From positions 30,256,001 through 30,320,000 of the forward strand of contig OX597814.1 of the NCBI GenBank assembly GCA_951406725.2: a DNA stretch of 64,000 bases, written 5' to 3'. How positions within the stretch are numbered: position 1 is the first letter of the stretch; every line of letters begins with the position of its first letter. Below the pieces are notes generated by a model. That model worked only from the letters and a program-made list of their open reading frames with translations. It did no database searches and had not been told where the DNA came from. Shown in pieces: positions 1-13,828 of the stretch. Source of the DNA: Octopus vulgaris (Eukaryota). A program made the translations under genes and the position numbers.

Positions 1-140
1 GTACTTAATTTATCGACCCTGAAAGGATGAAAGGTAAAGTTGACCTCGGCAGAATTTGAACTCAGAACGCAAAGACAGGAAATACCACTAAGCATTTTGC
101 CTGCCTGGCATGCTAACATTTCTGCCAGCTTGCCGCCTTT

Positions 141-428
141 ATCATCATCATTTAATGTCCGCTTTCCATGCTAGCATGGGTTGGATGATTTGACTGAGGA
201 CTGGTAAACCAGATGGTTGCACCAGGCTCCAATCTGATCTGGCATAGTTTCTACAGCTGGATGTCCTTTCTAATGCCAACCACTCCGAGAGTGTAGTGGG
301 TGCTTTTACGTGCCACTGGCACAAGGGCCAGTCAGGCAGTACTGGCAACGACCATGCTCAAATGGTGTTTTTTACGTGCCACCTGCACAGGAGCCAGTCC
401 AGTGGCACTGGCAATAACCTCGCTCAAA
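141..428 (-). mobile_element. 3' UTR fragment of an RTE-type LINE (family E)
   Basis: Matches 21964-22200, including the (CAT)n tail and ggatg(c/t)ccttcctaa motif. Confidence 0.78.
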
Positions 429-491
429 TAAATATTACTATTTTAATGATTTCAGAAAAAATAAGATAATTTTTGTAAATTTCTTTCTATA

Positions 492-900
492 AGCGCAGGA
501 GTGGCTGTGTGGTAAGTAGCTTGCTAACCAACCACATGGTTCCGGGTTCAGTCCCACTGCGTGGCATCTTGGGCAATTGTCTTCTACTATAGCCTCGGGC
601 CGACCAATGCCTTGTGAGTAGATTTGGTAGACGGAAACTGAAAGAAGCCTGTCGTATATATGTATATATATATATATGTATGTGTGTATGTTTGTGTGTC
701 TGTGTTTGTCCCCCTAGCATTGCTTGACAACCGATGCTGGTGTGTTTACGTCCCCGTCACTTAGCAGTTCGGCAAAAAGAGACCGATAAAATAAGTACTG
801 GGCTTACAAAGAATACGTCCCGGGGTCGATTTGCTCGACTAAAGGTGGTGCTCCAGCATGGCCGCAGTCAAATGACTGAAACAAGTAAAAGAAAAAAAAA
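492..900 (+). mobile_element. tRNA-derived SINE family A (about 400 bp, central TA/TG microsatellite)
   Basis: A-box-like TGGCTGTGTGG and B-box-like GGTTCAGTCC; near-identical copies across the window. Confidence 0.85.
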
Positions 901-1991
901 AAGAAAGAATAAATTCTTAGTGAAGTTCTCTTAAAATAGACTACTTTTTCTTCAGCGAAAGAATGATAAGAACAGAGAATAAATCTGGTAACAAAATATC
1001 AGCACAATAGGGGAGTGTGATAACCTTTGATATCTTAGGTTGAAAATATCTTGAGTAAATGGCCTCATGTTATTGTGGAGGAAAATGGTTCCTTTGTGAT
1101 TATACTGTATTAATAGTTTGGGGCATAATACTTTCTATATGTTGAATAAAGTTTATCTTGTTGCTCTTGATAAAGGAGACCTATCATATTTCCAGACATA
1201 GTTTATTTAGGGCTACATTATCAATGTGTCTCTCCTTTGTATATTTGTGGGTTTTTGGGGGGGAATGGTAGGATATGGTTTGAGAGAGATTTGGTCGCTA
1301 GTAGGAACACATATCCTTAAGCATGGAATATATATATTCATAGGCACAGGTGCAGCTGCTTACTTCTTAAACATGTGGTTTCAGGTTCAGTCCCACTGTG
1401 TGGAACCTTCTAATTTAGCCTTGGGTTGACTAAAACGTTGTGAATGGATTTTACAGACAGAAACCGGAAGTAGCCCATCATACACACCACTCATGCTGGT
1501 GCCACTAAAATAAGCAACCATGCTGGCACCACATGAAAAGCACCTCTGCTGGTGCCACATATAAAAAAAACCCATGCTTGTGCCATGTGAAAGCACCCAT
1601 GTAAAAGTACACTGTGTAAAGTGGTTGGCATTAGGAAGGGCATCCAGCCATAGAAACCATGCCAAAACATATGAGTGAGGACTGGTGCAGCCCCCTGGCT
1701 TATCATCATCATCATCATCTTCTTCATCATTTAACGTCTGCCTTTCATGGTGGCATGAGTGGGACAGTGTCAGCTCCTGTCAAATCATCCAACCCATGCC
1801 AGCATGAAAAATGGATGTTAAGTGATGATGATATGTGTACTCTTGTGTGTATGTGTACTCTTGTGTGTATGTGTACTCTTGTCTTGACATGATTGTAAAT
1901 GAGCATCACTGCTGTCATAGAAGCAATGTTGTTCGTTTCCAGTTGTCTTTCATAGAATTACGTTTTGGCTGTGGGAAATATTTCCTAACAT

Positions 1992-2375
1992 AGGCGCGGG
2001 AGTGACTATGTGGTAAGTAGCTTGCTTACCAAACACATGGTTCCGAGTTCAGTCCCACTGCGTGGAACCTTGGGCAAATGTCTTCTACTATAGCCTTGGG
2101 CCGACCAAAGCCTTGTGAGTGGATTTGGTTGACGGAAACTGAAAGAAACCCGTCGTTTGTATGTATATATGTGTGTGTTTGTCCCCCCAACATCACTTGA
2201 CAACCGATGATGGTGGGTTTACATCCCCGTAACTTAGCGGTTCAGCAAAAGATACTGATAGAATAAGTACTAGGCTTACAAAGAATAAGTCCTGGGGTCG
2301 ATTTGCTCGACTAAAGGCAGTGCTCCAGCATGGCCTCAGTCAAATGGCTGAAACAAATAAAAAAGTAAAAAGAGT
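1992..2375 (+). mobile_element. SINE family A
   Basis: Colinear with 492-900. Confidence 0.85.
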
Positions 2376-2794
2376 AACCTAGAAACAGGTGAAGGTTGGC
2401 AACTGGAAAGGCATCCAGCTGTGGAAAAAATCTACCAAAATGAATTCCGTCTAACACATGTAAGCATGACAACTGGTACTGGTTTGTTTACAACCCTGTA
2501 ACTCAGCGGTTCAACAAAAGTGATGGACAGAATACGTGCCAGGCTTAACAAAAAAAAAAGTACTGGGGTAGATTCATGTGACTGAAATTCCTCAATGCAG
2601 TGCTTCAGCATGGCCACAGTCTGACAAATGGAACAAGTAAGAAATAAAAGATAAAAGATCAGCTCATGTTATTTTAATGATTCTAATTCTAGTTCAAATT
2701 AATACTCTTTTTTTAGTCCCATCAAGAAGAACGTGATGTTAATTCAGTATCAGAAGTTCATGTCACAATCTTTGGATTTACTTAATATGTTGTA

Positions 2795-3194
2795 CTAGCA
2801 GTATCGCCCGGCGTTGCTCGGGCTTGTAAGGGAAATAACTATATAAGCATTTTTAGAGAGTTATAACCAAAAAATAGCAAAAAAATGCTTTAAAAATGGA
2901 AAAAAAATGATGGTAAATTTTTTTAAAATCGTTGACTCATCGTAGACATTTTTAGAGAGTTACTTCCCTTATATAATAGCGAAAAAATGCATTAAAATGG
3001 AAAAAAATTATGGTAATTTTTTTTTTAAATCGTAGACTCATCATAGACGTGCGCTAATACCCATAAGGGCTTGATATGAATCATGACTATAAGATACCCA
3101 GTTTTGGTTAAACTGCACCGCAAAATGTGGGAGTAGTTAGGAATCTAAATCGTAGGAGACAGACAGCACACAACCTCACTTTTATATATAAAGA
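2795..3194 (-). mobile_element. Non-autonomous Helitron
   Basis: On the minus strand starts TC, ends CTAG, subterminal hairpin CCCG-N8-CGGG (2807-2822), inserted between A and T, no TSD. Confidence 0.82.
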
Positions 3195-3871
3195 TATCAT
3201 TTGATAAGTTAATGATATGTATTCCTAGAAGCAAAGACTATGGAAAACACATAAAGGTTAATGATTATGTACATGCTTTTTCAATATCTGACATAAGCTA
3301 CCTCCTCCTTTCAAATACTACTCACTTCGCACACATGTACATACTCACACACACACTTAGTAGTTGGAGCTTTTTCCTTTCGGTTTTTCTCTGTTCTTGT
3401 CAACTTCAGTAGTACTGGTGGCACACACATGCACACACACACACACACACACACATACACGCAAAAAGCATCCAGTAGACACTGCAAATTGATGGGCATT
3501 AGGAAGGGCTCCGTCTCCATAGAAGCCATGCCAAAGCTGACATCAATGCTTGGGAAAGCTTTGCAGCTCAATGAATCCTGTCAAACTGTCCAACTCATGC
3601 TAGCATTGAGAAATGGATGTTAAATGATGATGAGGATGATATGTATGTATGCATGCATGCATGCATGTATGCATGCATGTATGTATGTATGTATGTATGT
3701 ATGTACGTATATATTTTTGTATGTATGTATGTTGTATATATAGTTAATCCAAACATGAACAAAGAAAAAACACAACAACGCAAGGATGTGGAACAAGTAT
3801 AGTGTTATTGGACGCTCAGGAAAGGAAAGAAATACATATATATGTATATGTATATATATTATTTATATGTA

Positions 3872-3907
<36 letters not shown>

Positions 3908-3908
3908 A

Positions 3909-4053
3909 CTTTATTAATAAAGCTGCAAAGACATCACAAAAACTGTTACTCAGAGTTTAATGCTCCTGTTCATTAGACTGTAACCAAACTGTCTGACAAT
4001 CAAGAACATGAAACTCTGAGTAAGTTTTTATCTTCGCAGCTTTATTAATAAAG
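3909..4053. repeat. Inverted pair of degenerate HHR-like pseudo-LTRs
   Basis: ctttattaataaagctgc at both ends in inverted orientation; ctgacaa...gaaactctgagta on +, ctaatga...taaactctgagta on -. Confidence 0.6.
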
Positions 4054-4242
4054 TATGTTACTCTACCTCCTGTATTTGAGTACTATTTTCCCCACCTTGT
4101 TTCACATTTATGTGATTACTCTTATATATATATATATATATATACATATACACATACACACATATATGTGTGTGTGTGTATATGTATATATATATATATA
4201 TAAATGCATACATACATATATATATGTATATATATATGTGTA

Positions 4243-5198
4243 TATATATATATACTTTGATACTTTGATACTTTGATAGGTTTCGGCCATTATTGGCCCA
4301 GGCCATGTCTAACTTAATAGCACCACCTGGTGAAGTCTTTCAAGTCAGAATTTGGGCACTATGGCCCACTCAAGTAGAGAGTTATTGTTTACAGAGACAT
4401 ATCCAGGTGTAGGGGGTTTATCCGGGATTTCTTGAAGGAATCTGTCCAAAGACTTCTTGAACCCTATAGGGTCAGTTTCTGTTTTAATGTGTTTTGGTGT
4501 AATGTTAAAGAGAGCGGGGCCAATTGAGGTGAAATAATTGTGCCGTATTGTTGTTATGAGATGAGAGTGCGATTTTTGTTTTGGGCGGATGGCACGGGGC
4601 CCAAGCCTTGGATGTACCTTAAAGGTGATGCCAACATCATTTGGGCAATGCTGATGGAATATTTTCCACATCATGCAGATGATGTAGCGCTCACGACGAC
4701 GTTGGAGAGAATAGAGTTTTAGCTTTTCTAGTCGACCCCAATAGTCGAGGCCTGTCATGCCATCTATCTTTTTTGTGATTGCCCTTTGAGGTGCTTCGAC
4801 TTTTATGATACCTTGTATTGTGTGGGGAGACCACAGTGGACAACAGTATTCAAGGTGGGGTCGGGCAAAAGTGGAGAAGAGAAGGATAATGGTGTGGATA
4901 TCTCTCGACTGGAAAGTTCTGAGAATCCAGGAACACATTCTGCGGGCCATGTCAACTTTGGTGTTTATATGAGTGGCCCAGCTTACGTTGTTGTCCACAA
5001 TTACTCCCAAGTCTCTGATGTTGTTGGACGCCGCGAGAGTTTCACCTGAAGGAAGGGAGTATGGGAGTTTCAGGGCATCCTCTTTTCCAAAGTGGATTAG
5101 CTCAAATTTATCCTCGTTCAGCAGCATATTGTTTTTTTCTGCCCATTGGATAACAGCCAGTAGATCTGACTGAAGGCATGTCCGGTCACTCGCCTCAT
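4243..5198 (-). mobile_element. 3' fragment of a CR1/L2-group LINE with octamer tail
   Basis: LQSDL...[27 protein letters not shown]; stop at 4345; tail (TATCAAAG)x3 on the minus strand; embedded in (TA)n. Confidence 0.88.
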
Positions 5199-5211
5199 TT
5201 ATATACATATA

Positions 5212-5258
<47 letters not shown>

Positions 5259-5356
5259 TTATATATATACATATGTATATATATATATATATGTATATAT
5301 TTATATATATACATATGTATATATATATATATGTATATATTTATATATATACATAT

Positions 5357-5392
<36 letters not shown>
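5199..5392. repeat. (TA)n-rich microsatellite
   Basis: Seen directly. Confidence 0.95.
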
Positions 5393-6867
5393 TACATGGC
5401 AACAGCACCGACAAGGTAACCAAGTAAGCAACTCATTCACGGCATGAACTGGATGTCTTTCATTGAGCCATCAGCCATTAAGATTTTCTGCACCAACACT
5501 AAAGGGTTTCTTATATTTTGTTTTGGCTTTCCTTCATGACTGTGGTATATACTGCAGTTTGCGGAATTCATGTCTTTTTCAGTTATTCCTTTTTTTATTG
5601 AGGTATGGTATAAGGAGACAGTTGATGTATGCATAAGAAGTAAATTACTTTGCACTAATAAACTTAAAAACAATGCAGTTTAAGAGATGCAAAGTTCAAT
5701 GTGCTCTTACTGATAAATATTTCTTGCATCTCGTGTGTGTACTTTGGCATAGACATTCAGTTGAACAAAGGACTTATTTAACATTGTTTCTTAAACGTAT
5801 ATTGTTGTAATCGAGATTATTAAAAAGTTTGTGAAATAAACCTCTTTTTTGTTGTTGTCTAACCCTGAGTATTGGTATTAGGCTTTCCTTATATATTTCG
5901 TTTTTTGGATTTGGTTTGCAAGATTCTTTATATGAGTTCGTGTGTTGAAGCATATTCTGTTGTCTGGGGAGTCATTTTCTTTTTGTGCCTTATAATGTAA
6001 CGAAAATTTTAGGAAAATAAAAATAAGAAAAAAGTGGAAATTTTACCGGTGAGTGTGTTACATTATAAGGCACAAAAAGAAAATTACTTTCCCCAGACAC
6101 AACAGAATTTCCTTATATAATCATAGCTTTATTTCATGTATTGTAGAAGTATAACCAATTTATTGCACATATATTTTAACAATAAAATATTATATGGACC
6201 TCCAGGGCCCTATGGACCCTAGTTGAGAACCACTGCTCAAATCAAAAATGTACTTGCCCAGTTAGAACTACTCAACATCATTGGATGCAAACAAAGTTAC
6301 AGGTGTTACATCAGAGTTTTCATTCATAAGAGATGTCTAAATAAAGGCTAGGGGTCACTCACTCCCGACTGATGGATGGCCATCGGTAGGTTTTGTTTTT
6401 TATCCTGCAGGGGTGTCCTGTGGAAACCACCCTCCTTACAAAGCTGTCTTAGTAGAGTAATTAGTTTGATCGCCAACACCTGCACTAGCATAGCTAGTGG
6501 GGAGCAGAAAAGCGGTCTGTTCTGGGTGGCACTTTTATGGGGGTGGCACCACTTTTGTGTCTGCTATAAGCAATATGTACATTTTGTTGGGGTGGCCAAC
6601 TGAAAGGCCACTCCAAGCTGCACTCATTCAAGCTACACCAGTGCCCGATTTTTGCAGCAGGTTGTACTGAATTACATGTTATCAATAACAATAAGAATAA
6701 CCTGACACAAAAGATACCAATACAATAGAAGTGATAAATGCATCTGCAGATAACAAGTATTAAAAGTTCAATGAACAAGTTGGAAGCAATGCTTTCTGTC
6801 TTGAAGTCTTTTGTGTGCAATTTGGATGGTTATTATCTTTTATAGATTTTCTGAATATTTCAGGGAC

Positions 6868-7625
6868 ATCATCATCATCATCTTTGTTTAACGTCTGCTT
6901 TCCATGCTAGCATGGGTTGGACGATTTGACTGAGGACTGGTGAACCAGATGGCTGCACCAGGCTCAAATCTTGATCTGGCAGAGTTTCTACAGCTGGATG
7001 CCCTTCCTAACGCCAACCACTCCGAGAATGTAGTGGGTGCTTTTATGCGCCACTGGCACGAGGGCCAGTCAGGCGGTACTGGCAACAGCCATGCTCAAAT
7101 GGTGTTTTTTACGTGCCACCTGCACAGGAGCCAGTCCAGTGGCACTGGCAATGACTTCACTCGAATGTTTTTTCACATGCCACTGGCACAAGTGCCAGTA
7201 AGGTGCTGCTGGTATTGATCACGCTGAGGCAGCGAGCTGGCAGAAACGTTAGCACGCCGGGCGAAATGCTTAGCGGTATTTCATCTGTGTTACGTTGTGA
7301 GTTCAAATTCCGCCGAGGTCGACTTTGCCTTTCATCCTTTTGGGGTCGATAAATTAAGTAGCAGTTACGCACTGGGGTTGATATAATCGACTTAATACCT
7401 ATGTCTGTCCTTGTTTGTCTCCTCTGTGTTTAGCCCCTTATGGGTAATAAAGAAATAGGTATTGATCACGCTCGAATGGTACTTTTTATGCGCCACCGGC
7501 ACGGAAGCCAGTTAGCTGCTCTGGCAATGATCATGTTTGGATGGTGCTCTTAGCGGTCCACTAGCACGGATGCCAGTCATCAAATTTGATTTCGGTTTCA
7601 CTTGCCTCAACAGGTTTTCACAAGC
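6868..7625 (-). mobile_element. RTE 3' UTR fragment (family E) with nested SINE B
   Basis: Colinear with 21964-22500. Confidence 0.78.
7226..7457 (+). mobile_element. SINE family B monomer (Meta-domain-like core) nested in an RTE tail
   Basis: Core gcctttcatccttt.ggggtcgataaattaagta; 15-bp TSD ggtattgatcacgct at 7211-7225 and 7458-7472. Confidence 0.88.
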
Positions 7626-7724
7626 AAATGGAAGAAAGGTACACATAAGTGGGCTGGCTACACCCCTGGCATAGGCCGCCGCCGCCACCACCACCACCAC
7701 TACCATCACGATATAGAACATGTT

Positions 7725-8137
7725 GGCGAGCTGGCAGAATCGTTAGTACGCCGGGCGAAATGCATAGCCGTATTTCGTCTGCTGTTATGTTCTGAGTTCA
7801 AATTCCACCGAGGTCGACTTTGCCTTTCATCCTTTCGGGGTCGATTAAATAAGTACCCGTTACGCACTGGGGTCGTTATAATCGACTTAATCCGTTTGCC
7901 TGTTCTTGTTTGTCCTCTCTGTGTTTAGCCCCTTGTGGGTAGTAAAGAAATAGGTATTTCGTCTGCTGTTACATTCTGAGTTCAAATTCCGCCAAGGTTG
8001 ACTTTGCCTTTCATCCTTTTGGGGTCAATTGAATAAGTACCAGTTACGCACTGGGGTCGATATAATCGACTTTATCTGTTTATCTGTCCTTGTTTGTCCC
8101 CTCTCTGTGTAGCCCCTTGTGGGCAGTAAAGAAATAA
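7725..8137 (+). mobile_element. SINE family B dimer
   Basis: One head plus two body-tail units joined at aaagaaatag|gtatttcg. Confidence 0.85.
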
Positions 8138-8832
8138 GATTAAAAGTAAATAATTTTGAGGCTTAAGATATGCTATCCATATGCGTAATAAATTAAAGGG
8201 TTCCTAGAATAGAATTTGGGAGAATGCAAATAGAAGTAGATGTGATAACATTTTACCATTGTACTCAGCAAATTGATGCCAATGAGTGTGTGCATCTCTA
8301 AATATATAGTTGTGCAACTATATAATAGAATATCCATGTAAAAAATACCTGTGCTGATGCCATGTAAGAAACATCTGTACTAGCACCACATAAAAAACAC
8401 CCATTCTGGCACCACGTAAAAAAACACCCATGCTTGCACCATGTAAAAAGCACCCATGTAAAAGCTCCTGTGCTGGTGCTACATAAAAAGCATCCAGTAC
8501 ACTTTGTAAAGTGGTTAGCATTAGAAGGACACCCATCTGTAAAAACCATGCTGAAACAGACGGTTGAAGCTTGGTGCAGCTCTCTGGCTTGCCAGTTCCT
8601 GTCAAACCATCCAACCCATGCCAGCATGTAAAACAGGTATCAAATGATAATGATGATATTAAAATATATTTAGTTATACATCATAAAATATTTATTAGTT
8701 TCTAGAAGGAAAAAATTATTCCGACATGTTTCAGAATATCATTAAATCTAATATTTTGAATAAAAGTTAATAATATCAAAAATCATTTTCCAAAACAATT
8801 TTATTTATTATTATATTATTTTACTTTTGCAG

Positions 8833-9748
8833 ATGTGGGTTTGGATTATGGCTAAACTGAGTGAGAAGAGTTTTGAGTTGAAGAACTGGAAATTCAGTAA
8901 GAATTATTCTTGGGGAAATTCCACCTCAAAAAATGAATTTTTATGTTCTAAAAATCTTCACTTAAGACCTAATCCTATGAACAAATGTAATGGTTATATA
9001 GGAGGAAAAGAATATAAAAATCCTCATACTCTATATTCTAAAAATTATGGAGAAAACCGCAATTTCAAGAATGATGGAAACAAAAGTTCTGGTTTCTCTC
9101 CTAAAAGGACAAATATTAATCATGTTATTCAAAGAGAAACCAAGCAAATTATGGATAATTTGGAAAATGGCAGACCTGGAACTGAGAAAAAGTTCCACAG
9201 TTCGTTTTGTGGCACTACTGATTTTAGAGGTCTTAAAACATCATATGGCGAAAGAGATAGGAGTAAGAAATATCAAAGACCAATCTTAAATGATTTTGAA
9301 GAACCTTTCAGTTACAAAAACTCAAGGATTACTAAAAATAACTGGATTTCAAAAGGGAATAATTTTAGTAAGGAAAACTGTTCAAGGAAAGAATCAAAAA
9401 GTGTCTGTGAGGAAGGATTAACACGAACTGAGGCTTGTGATTCCTTAATTACTAATGAAGAAATTGGTAGAGTTTTTGAAGAAGAGCTTGATTTAATGAT
9501 AAAAAATAATTATGATCTTACAAGACTTCTGAATGTGAACAGTAGGTTAAAAGATATTCTTGGCCCTCTTGCTGCTCTGAAAGATAATAATATTTCTCAG
9601 AACATATGTGATACAGACTCTTGTTTTGCAAAATTGTCATTGATGATTGCAATCACAGGGAGAAAGCTACAACAACTTTCAGATTTTTTAATCAATGAAA
9701 TTTCTTCAAAAGGTGAAGAAGCTGTATTAGCAGCCCTACAGATGCCAA
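8833..9748 (+). CDS. Coding exon (N-terminal part) of a dsRBD-repeat protein gene; start at ATG 8833 or 8848
   Basis: Open frame with non-repetitive composition; acceptor ttacttttgcAG at 8831-8832; ATG 8848 in attATGg context; donor a|GTAAGT at 9749 leaves phase 1. Confidence 0.8.
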
Positions 9749-9996
9749 GTAAGTTTGCATTTTTAATTTAACTCTTTTGCTAATATATTTCTGTTGAAAT
9801 GCACAGCTTTTGTTTCAATTAGATAGAAAACAGTAAAGAATTCAGTAAAATCACTTTGCCATTACTGAGTTGGTTTTTGGAACATTCATTAATACAAAAT
9901 TTTTATGGACGGTGCTAATTTAGATCACTTTAAAATGATTGTATTATGGGGATGATCTTGAGCAGGTTAATATAGTGAATATTAATGACAACAAAG

Positions 9997-10212
9997 TGGC
10001 AAGTAGGCAGAATCGTTAGCACGTTGGGTGAAATGCTTAGCGGTATTTCGTCTGCTGCTATGTTCTGAGTTCAAATTCCACCGAGGTTGGCTTTGCTTTT
10101 CATCCTTTTGGGGTCGATAAATTAAGTACCAGTTGCATACTGGGGTTAATCTAATCGAGTGGCTCCCTCCTCTAAAATTTCGGGCTTTGTGCCTAGAGTA
10201 GAAAAGAATATT
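9997..10212 (+). mobile_element. SINE family B, alternative tail type
   Basis: Same head and core; tail ...tgtgcctagagtagaaaagaatatt. Confidence 0.75.
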
Positions 10213-10784
10213 AATGATAACAGTAACAATCTAGTGATGATATTTGAAAGTTTGTCTTGCAGCAAAATATATATACTCACAACATGGAATGATAGTTAAG
10301 AAGTTTGCTCTACAACCATAAGGTTCTATATTCACACTAACTGTGTTAATGCCTTCTATTTAAGTCAAAGGGAAATTTAGTAAGTGAAAACTGCATAGAA
10401 GCGCATTGGATGTAGATATTATGTTCTGTATTGGTTATGTCCCAATGTATCCAGGCTGACTTGGTTGTTCTACATCAGAAGGTTGATAAAATAAATCCCA
10501 GACAGAGTAATGTAGTTGAAGCAATCAACCAACACTATTAAAGACAATTTCTTGGCATGGTCAGAGTCTAATGTCTGAAAGCAGTAAAATAATATGAAAA
10601 TATAAAGTAGGTGCTGGTGTGGCTGTGTGGTGAGAAGTTTGCTTCCCAACCACAAAGTATCAAGTTTAATTCCATTGTGTGGTACCTTGGGCAAGTGTTT
10701 TATACATTCAACTCTGAGCTGGCTGAAGCCTTACAAGTAGATTTTGGTTGAATGAAATCGAAAAAAGATTTTTGTACATATAGT

Positions 10785-11270
10785 CCAATCGAAATCGAAA
10801 TCAAATTCGATGACTGGCATCCATGCTAGTGGAGCGCTAAGAGTACCATATGAGTGAGATCGTAGCCAGAGCAACAAGCTGGCTTCCATGCTAATGGCAT
10901 GTTAAAAACACCATTTGAGTGTGATCGTTACCTGCGTTACCTTACTAGCACTTGTACTGGTGGCACGGGAAAAAACATTCGAGCGAGGTCGTTGCCAGTG
11001 CCGCTGGACTGGCTCCTGTGCAAGTGGCACATAAAAAGCAACATTTGAGCATGGCCATTGCCAGCACCGCCTGACTGGCTCTTGTGCTGGTGGCACGTAG
11101 AAGCACCCACTACACTCTCGGAGTGGTTGGCGTTAGAAAGGGCATCCAGCTATAGAAACTCTGCCAGATCAGATTGGAGCCTGGTGCAGCCTTCTGGTTC
11201 GCCAGTCCTCAGCTAAATTGTCCAACCCATGCTAGCATGGAAAGCGGATGATAAACGATGATGATGATGA
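10785..11270 (+). mobile_element. RTE 3' UTR fragment (family E)
   Basis: ggcgttagaaagggcatccagct...(GAT)n tail. Confidence 0.78.
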
Positions 11271-11707
11271 TATGATTGATGTGTGTGTGCATACATGCGC
11301 TTTTGCATGTGCGCGTACATGTGTGTGCACGCACGTGTACGCATGTGTGTGTGTGTGTGTCTTTGTATGTTTATGTCCTCTTGTCTTGACATTATGTGAT
11401 TGCTGAAAATGAATGCCAGTCATTTCCAATATTCTGTGAAAACATGTTTGGCCATGGGGAAATATTACTTTGGCCATGGGGAAATATTGCTAAGAAAAGG
11501 GTAAGGATTGGTGACAGGAAGGCTGTCCAGTTGCAGAAAATTTGTCTCAATATATAAACTCTGTCTAATCCATGCAAGTGTGTGAAAGAAAATATTAAAA
11601 TGATGATGAATATAAAAGGATACCACAGTAATAAGTTTTGTATGATTCTGAAAGCAGTGTTGTAGTTTGGTGATAACCTTGATAGCTAGTGACATTTTTA
11701 TAAAATA

Positions 11708-12096
11708 CTAGCAGTATCGCCCGGCGTTGCTCGGGTTTGTTTTGACCCTTTAGAACTGGAATTTTTGAAAAGTAAAACGTTTGCATTATGTAGCTTGTTA
11801 TTCTCTTTAAGTGATCAATTTTCTGGTTGAAATACATCGAAAAATGGCGACACAGGAGTAAAAAAAAATCGTAAAAAATCGTAAATTTCATAGAAAAAAA
11901 AGCACCTTTTTTTTCTATAATTTTTAGTGTTAACATGGTCCAATTTGAATTTTTCTTCTACAGGAGGAAGAGGAAGCCTTCTATCATACTCTCAATTTTG
12001 GTCAACTTGCGCTGCAGGGTCTCGGAGGGGATAGTGTTAGTTGAAGGCTACTAAACCTGCCATACACAAACAACTTCAGCTTTATATATATAGAGA
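11708..12096 (-). mobile_element. Non-autonomous Helitron (second subfamily)
   Basis: Same 3' end (cccgagcaacgccgggcgatactgCTAG), 5' TC, A|T target. Confidence 0.82.
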
Positions 12097-12880
12097 TATA
12101 TATAAACACAAGATTTTAAAAATAGAAAGGATAATTTCTTACATAGGCTTCAGACTAGAAATTTGATGGTAAATCTCATCGATTATATAGATCATCAGTA
12201 ATTGATGGGTGACTATTTTATCTATTGCTGGAGGATGGAAGACAAAACTAGCCTACACAGAGTTTGAACTCAGAATTTATAAAGGGGGATAACTGAATAC
12301 AGCCAGATAATTTGGGCCATTACTCTACTGTTCCAAACATGCAACAGAGATAATCACCCCCCGCCATCACTACTACCACCATTATCATTATCATCGTCAT
12401 CCTCCTCGTCATCATCATCGTTTCAACTTTCACTTTTCCATGCTTGATGGATCAGATGAAACTTGTTGAGGCAGTTTTTCTATGACCAGATGTTCTGCTT
12501 GTCACCAACCCTCACTTTTATTTCCAAGCAAGGTAATATTTCCCCTGGTCCTTCAAACGGTGAACAGGTCAATGACCAGCTGCTCAGTGGCTAGACATGT
12601 TTTCACAGAAGATTGCAAACAAATGATAGTGTTGTACAAGAAATCTGTTTACAATCAGCATGCATATGCTAAGACAAGAGGAACATGCATACACACGTAC
12701 ATGCATACATAAATACATTTATGATGGGTTCTTTATAATTCCATCAACCAAGTTCACTCAAAGCACCGGTCAGCCTGAGATTATAGTAGAAAGCACTTGC
12801 CTGGATTACACTTGAACCCAAAACCACTTGGTTGCAAAGTGTAACACACCCACTCCTGCAACTTCATTATAATATAGTAA

Positions 12881-13270
12881 TCTCTCTATATATAAAGCTG
12901 AAGTGGTCTGTGTTTGGCAGGTTTGGTAGCCTTCAACTAACACTATCTCCTCCGAGACCCTGCGACACAAGTTGACCAAACTTGATAGTATGATAGAAGA
13001 AGGCTTGCTCTTCCTTCCATAGAAGAAAAAATTCAAATCAGACCATGTTAATACCAAAAATTATTTACATCAAAAAGGTGCTTTTTCTATGAAAATCCCT
13101 ATTTTTTACAATTTTTTGACTGCTGTGTCGCCATTTTTCGGTGTATTTCAACCAGAAAAATGTTCACTTAAAGAGAATAACAAGCTACATAATGCACAAT
13201 TTTTACTTTTCAAAAACTCCAATTCTAAAGGGTCAAAACAAACCCAAGCAACGCCGGGCGATACTGCTAG
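12881..13270 (+). mobile_element. Non-autonomous Helitron, inverted copy of 11708-12096
   Basis: TC start at 12881, CTAG end at 13267-13270; body is the reverse complement of 11708-12096. Confidence 0.82.
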
Positions 13271-13449
13271 CTATAGTATAAATAGCGGTTGCTGACAAAT
13301 TTTTCTGCTCTAAAAGGATTTTATCCTATATATGCTGTTTTATCAGTATTTACACATTGAAAAATATATCTTTCTTCTTATACTACAATACATTTCAATG
13401 CTTCAAAAACAAACTTATGTTTGTTTACATGTGACATAATATAGTAATT

Positions 13450-13828
13450 TTGGCTTCCGTGCCAGTGGCATGTAAAAAGCACTGTTCAAGCGTGAGTGTT
13501 ACCAGCGTTGCCTTACTTGCACGTGAAAAAGCATTTGAGCGAGGTTGTTGCCAGTACCACTGGACTGGCTCCTGTGCAGGTGGTACATAAAAAACACTCT
13601 TTGAGCGTAGCCGTTGCCAGTACTGCCTGACTGGCCCTCATGCCAGTGGTACGTAAAAGCACTCACTACACTCTCAGAGTGGTTGGCATTAGGAAGGGCA
13701 TCCAGCTGTAGAAACTCTGCCAGATCAAGATTGGAGCCTAGTGCAGCCATCTGGTTCGCCAGTCTTCAGTCAAATCATCCAACCCATGCTAGCATGGAAA
13801 GTGGACGTTAAACGATGATGATGATGAT
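13450..13828 (+). mobile_element. RTE 3' UTR fragment (family E)
   Basis: Colinear with 10880-11270. Confidence 0.78.

Noticed and set aside
6197-6236. hAT-like terminal motifs (also near 26731, 42520, 57131)
   Set aside because: Single ends only; no paired TIRs or TSDs established.
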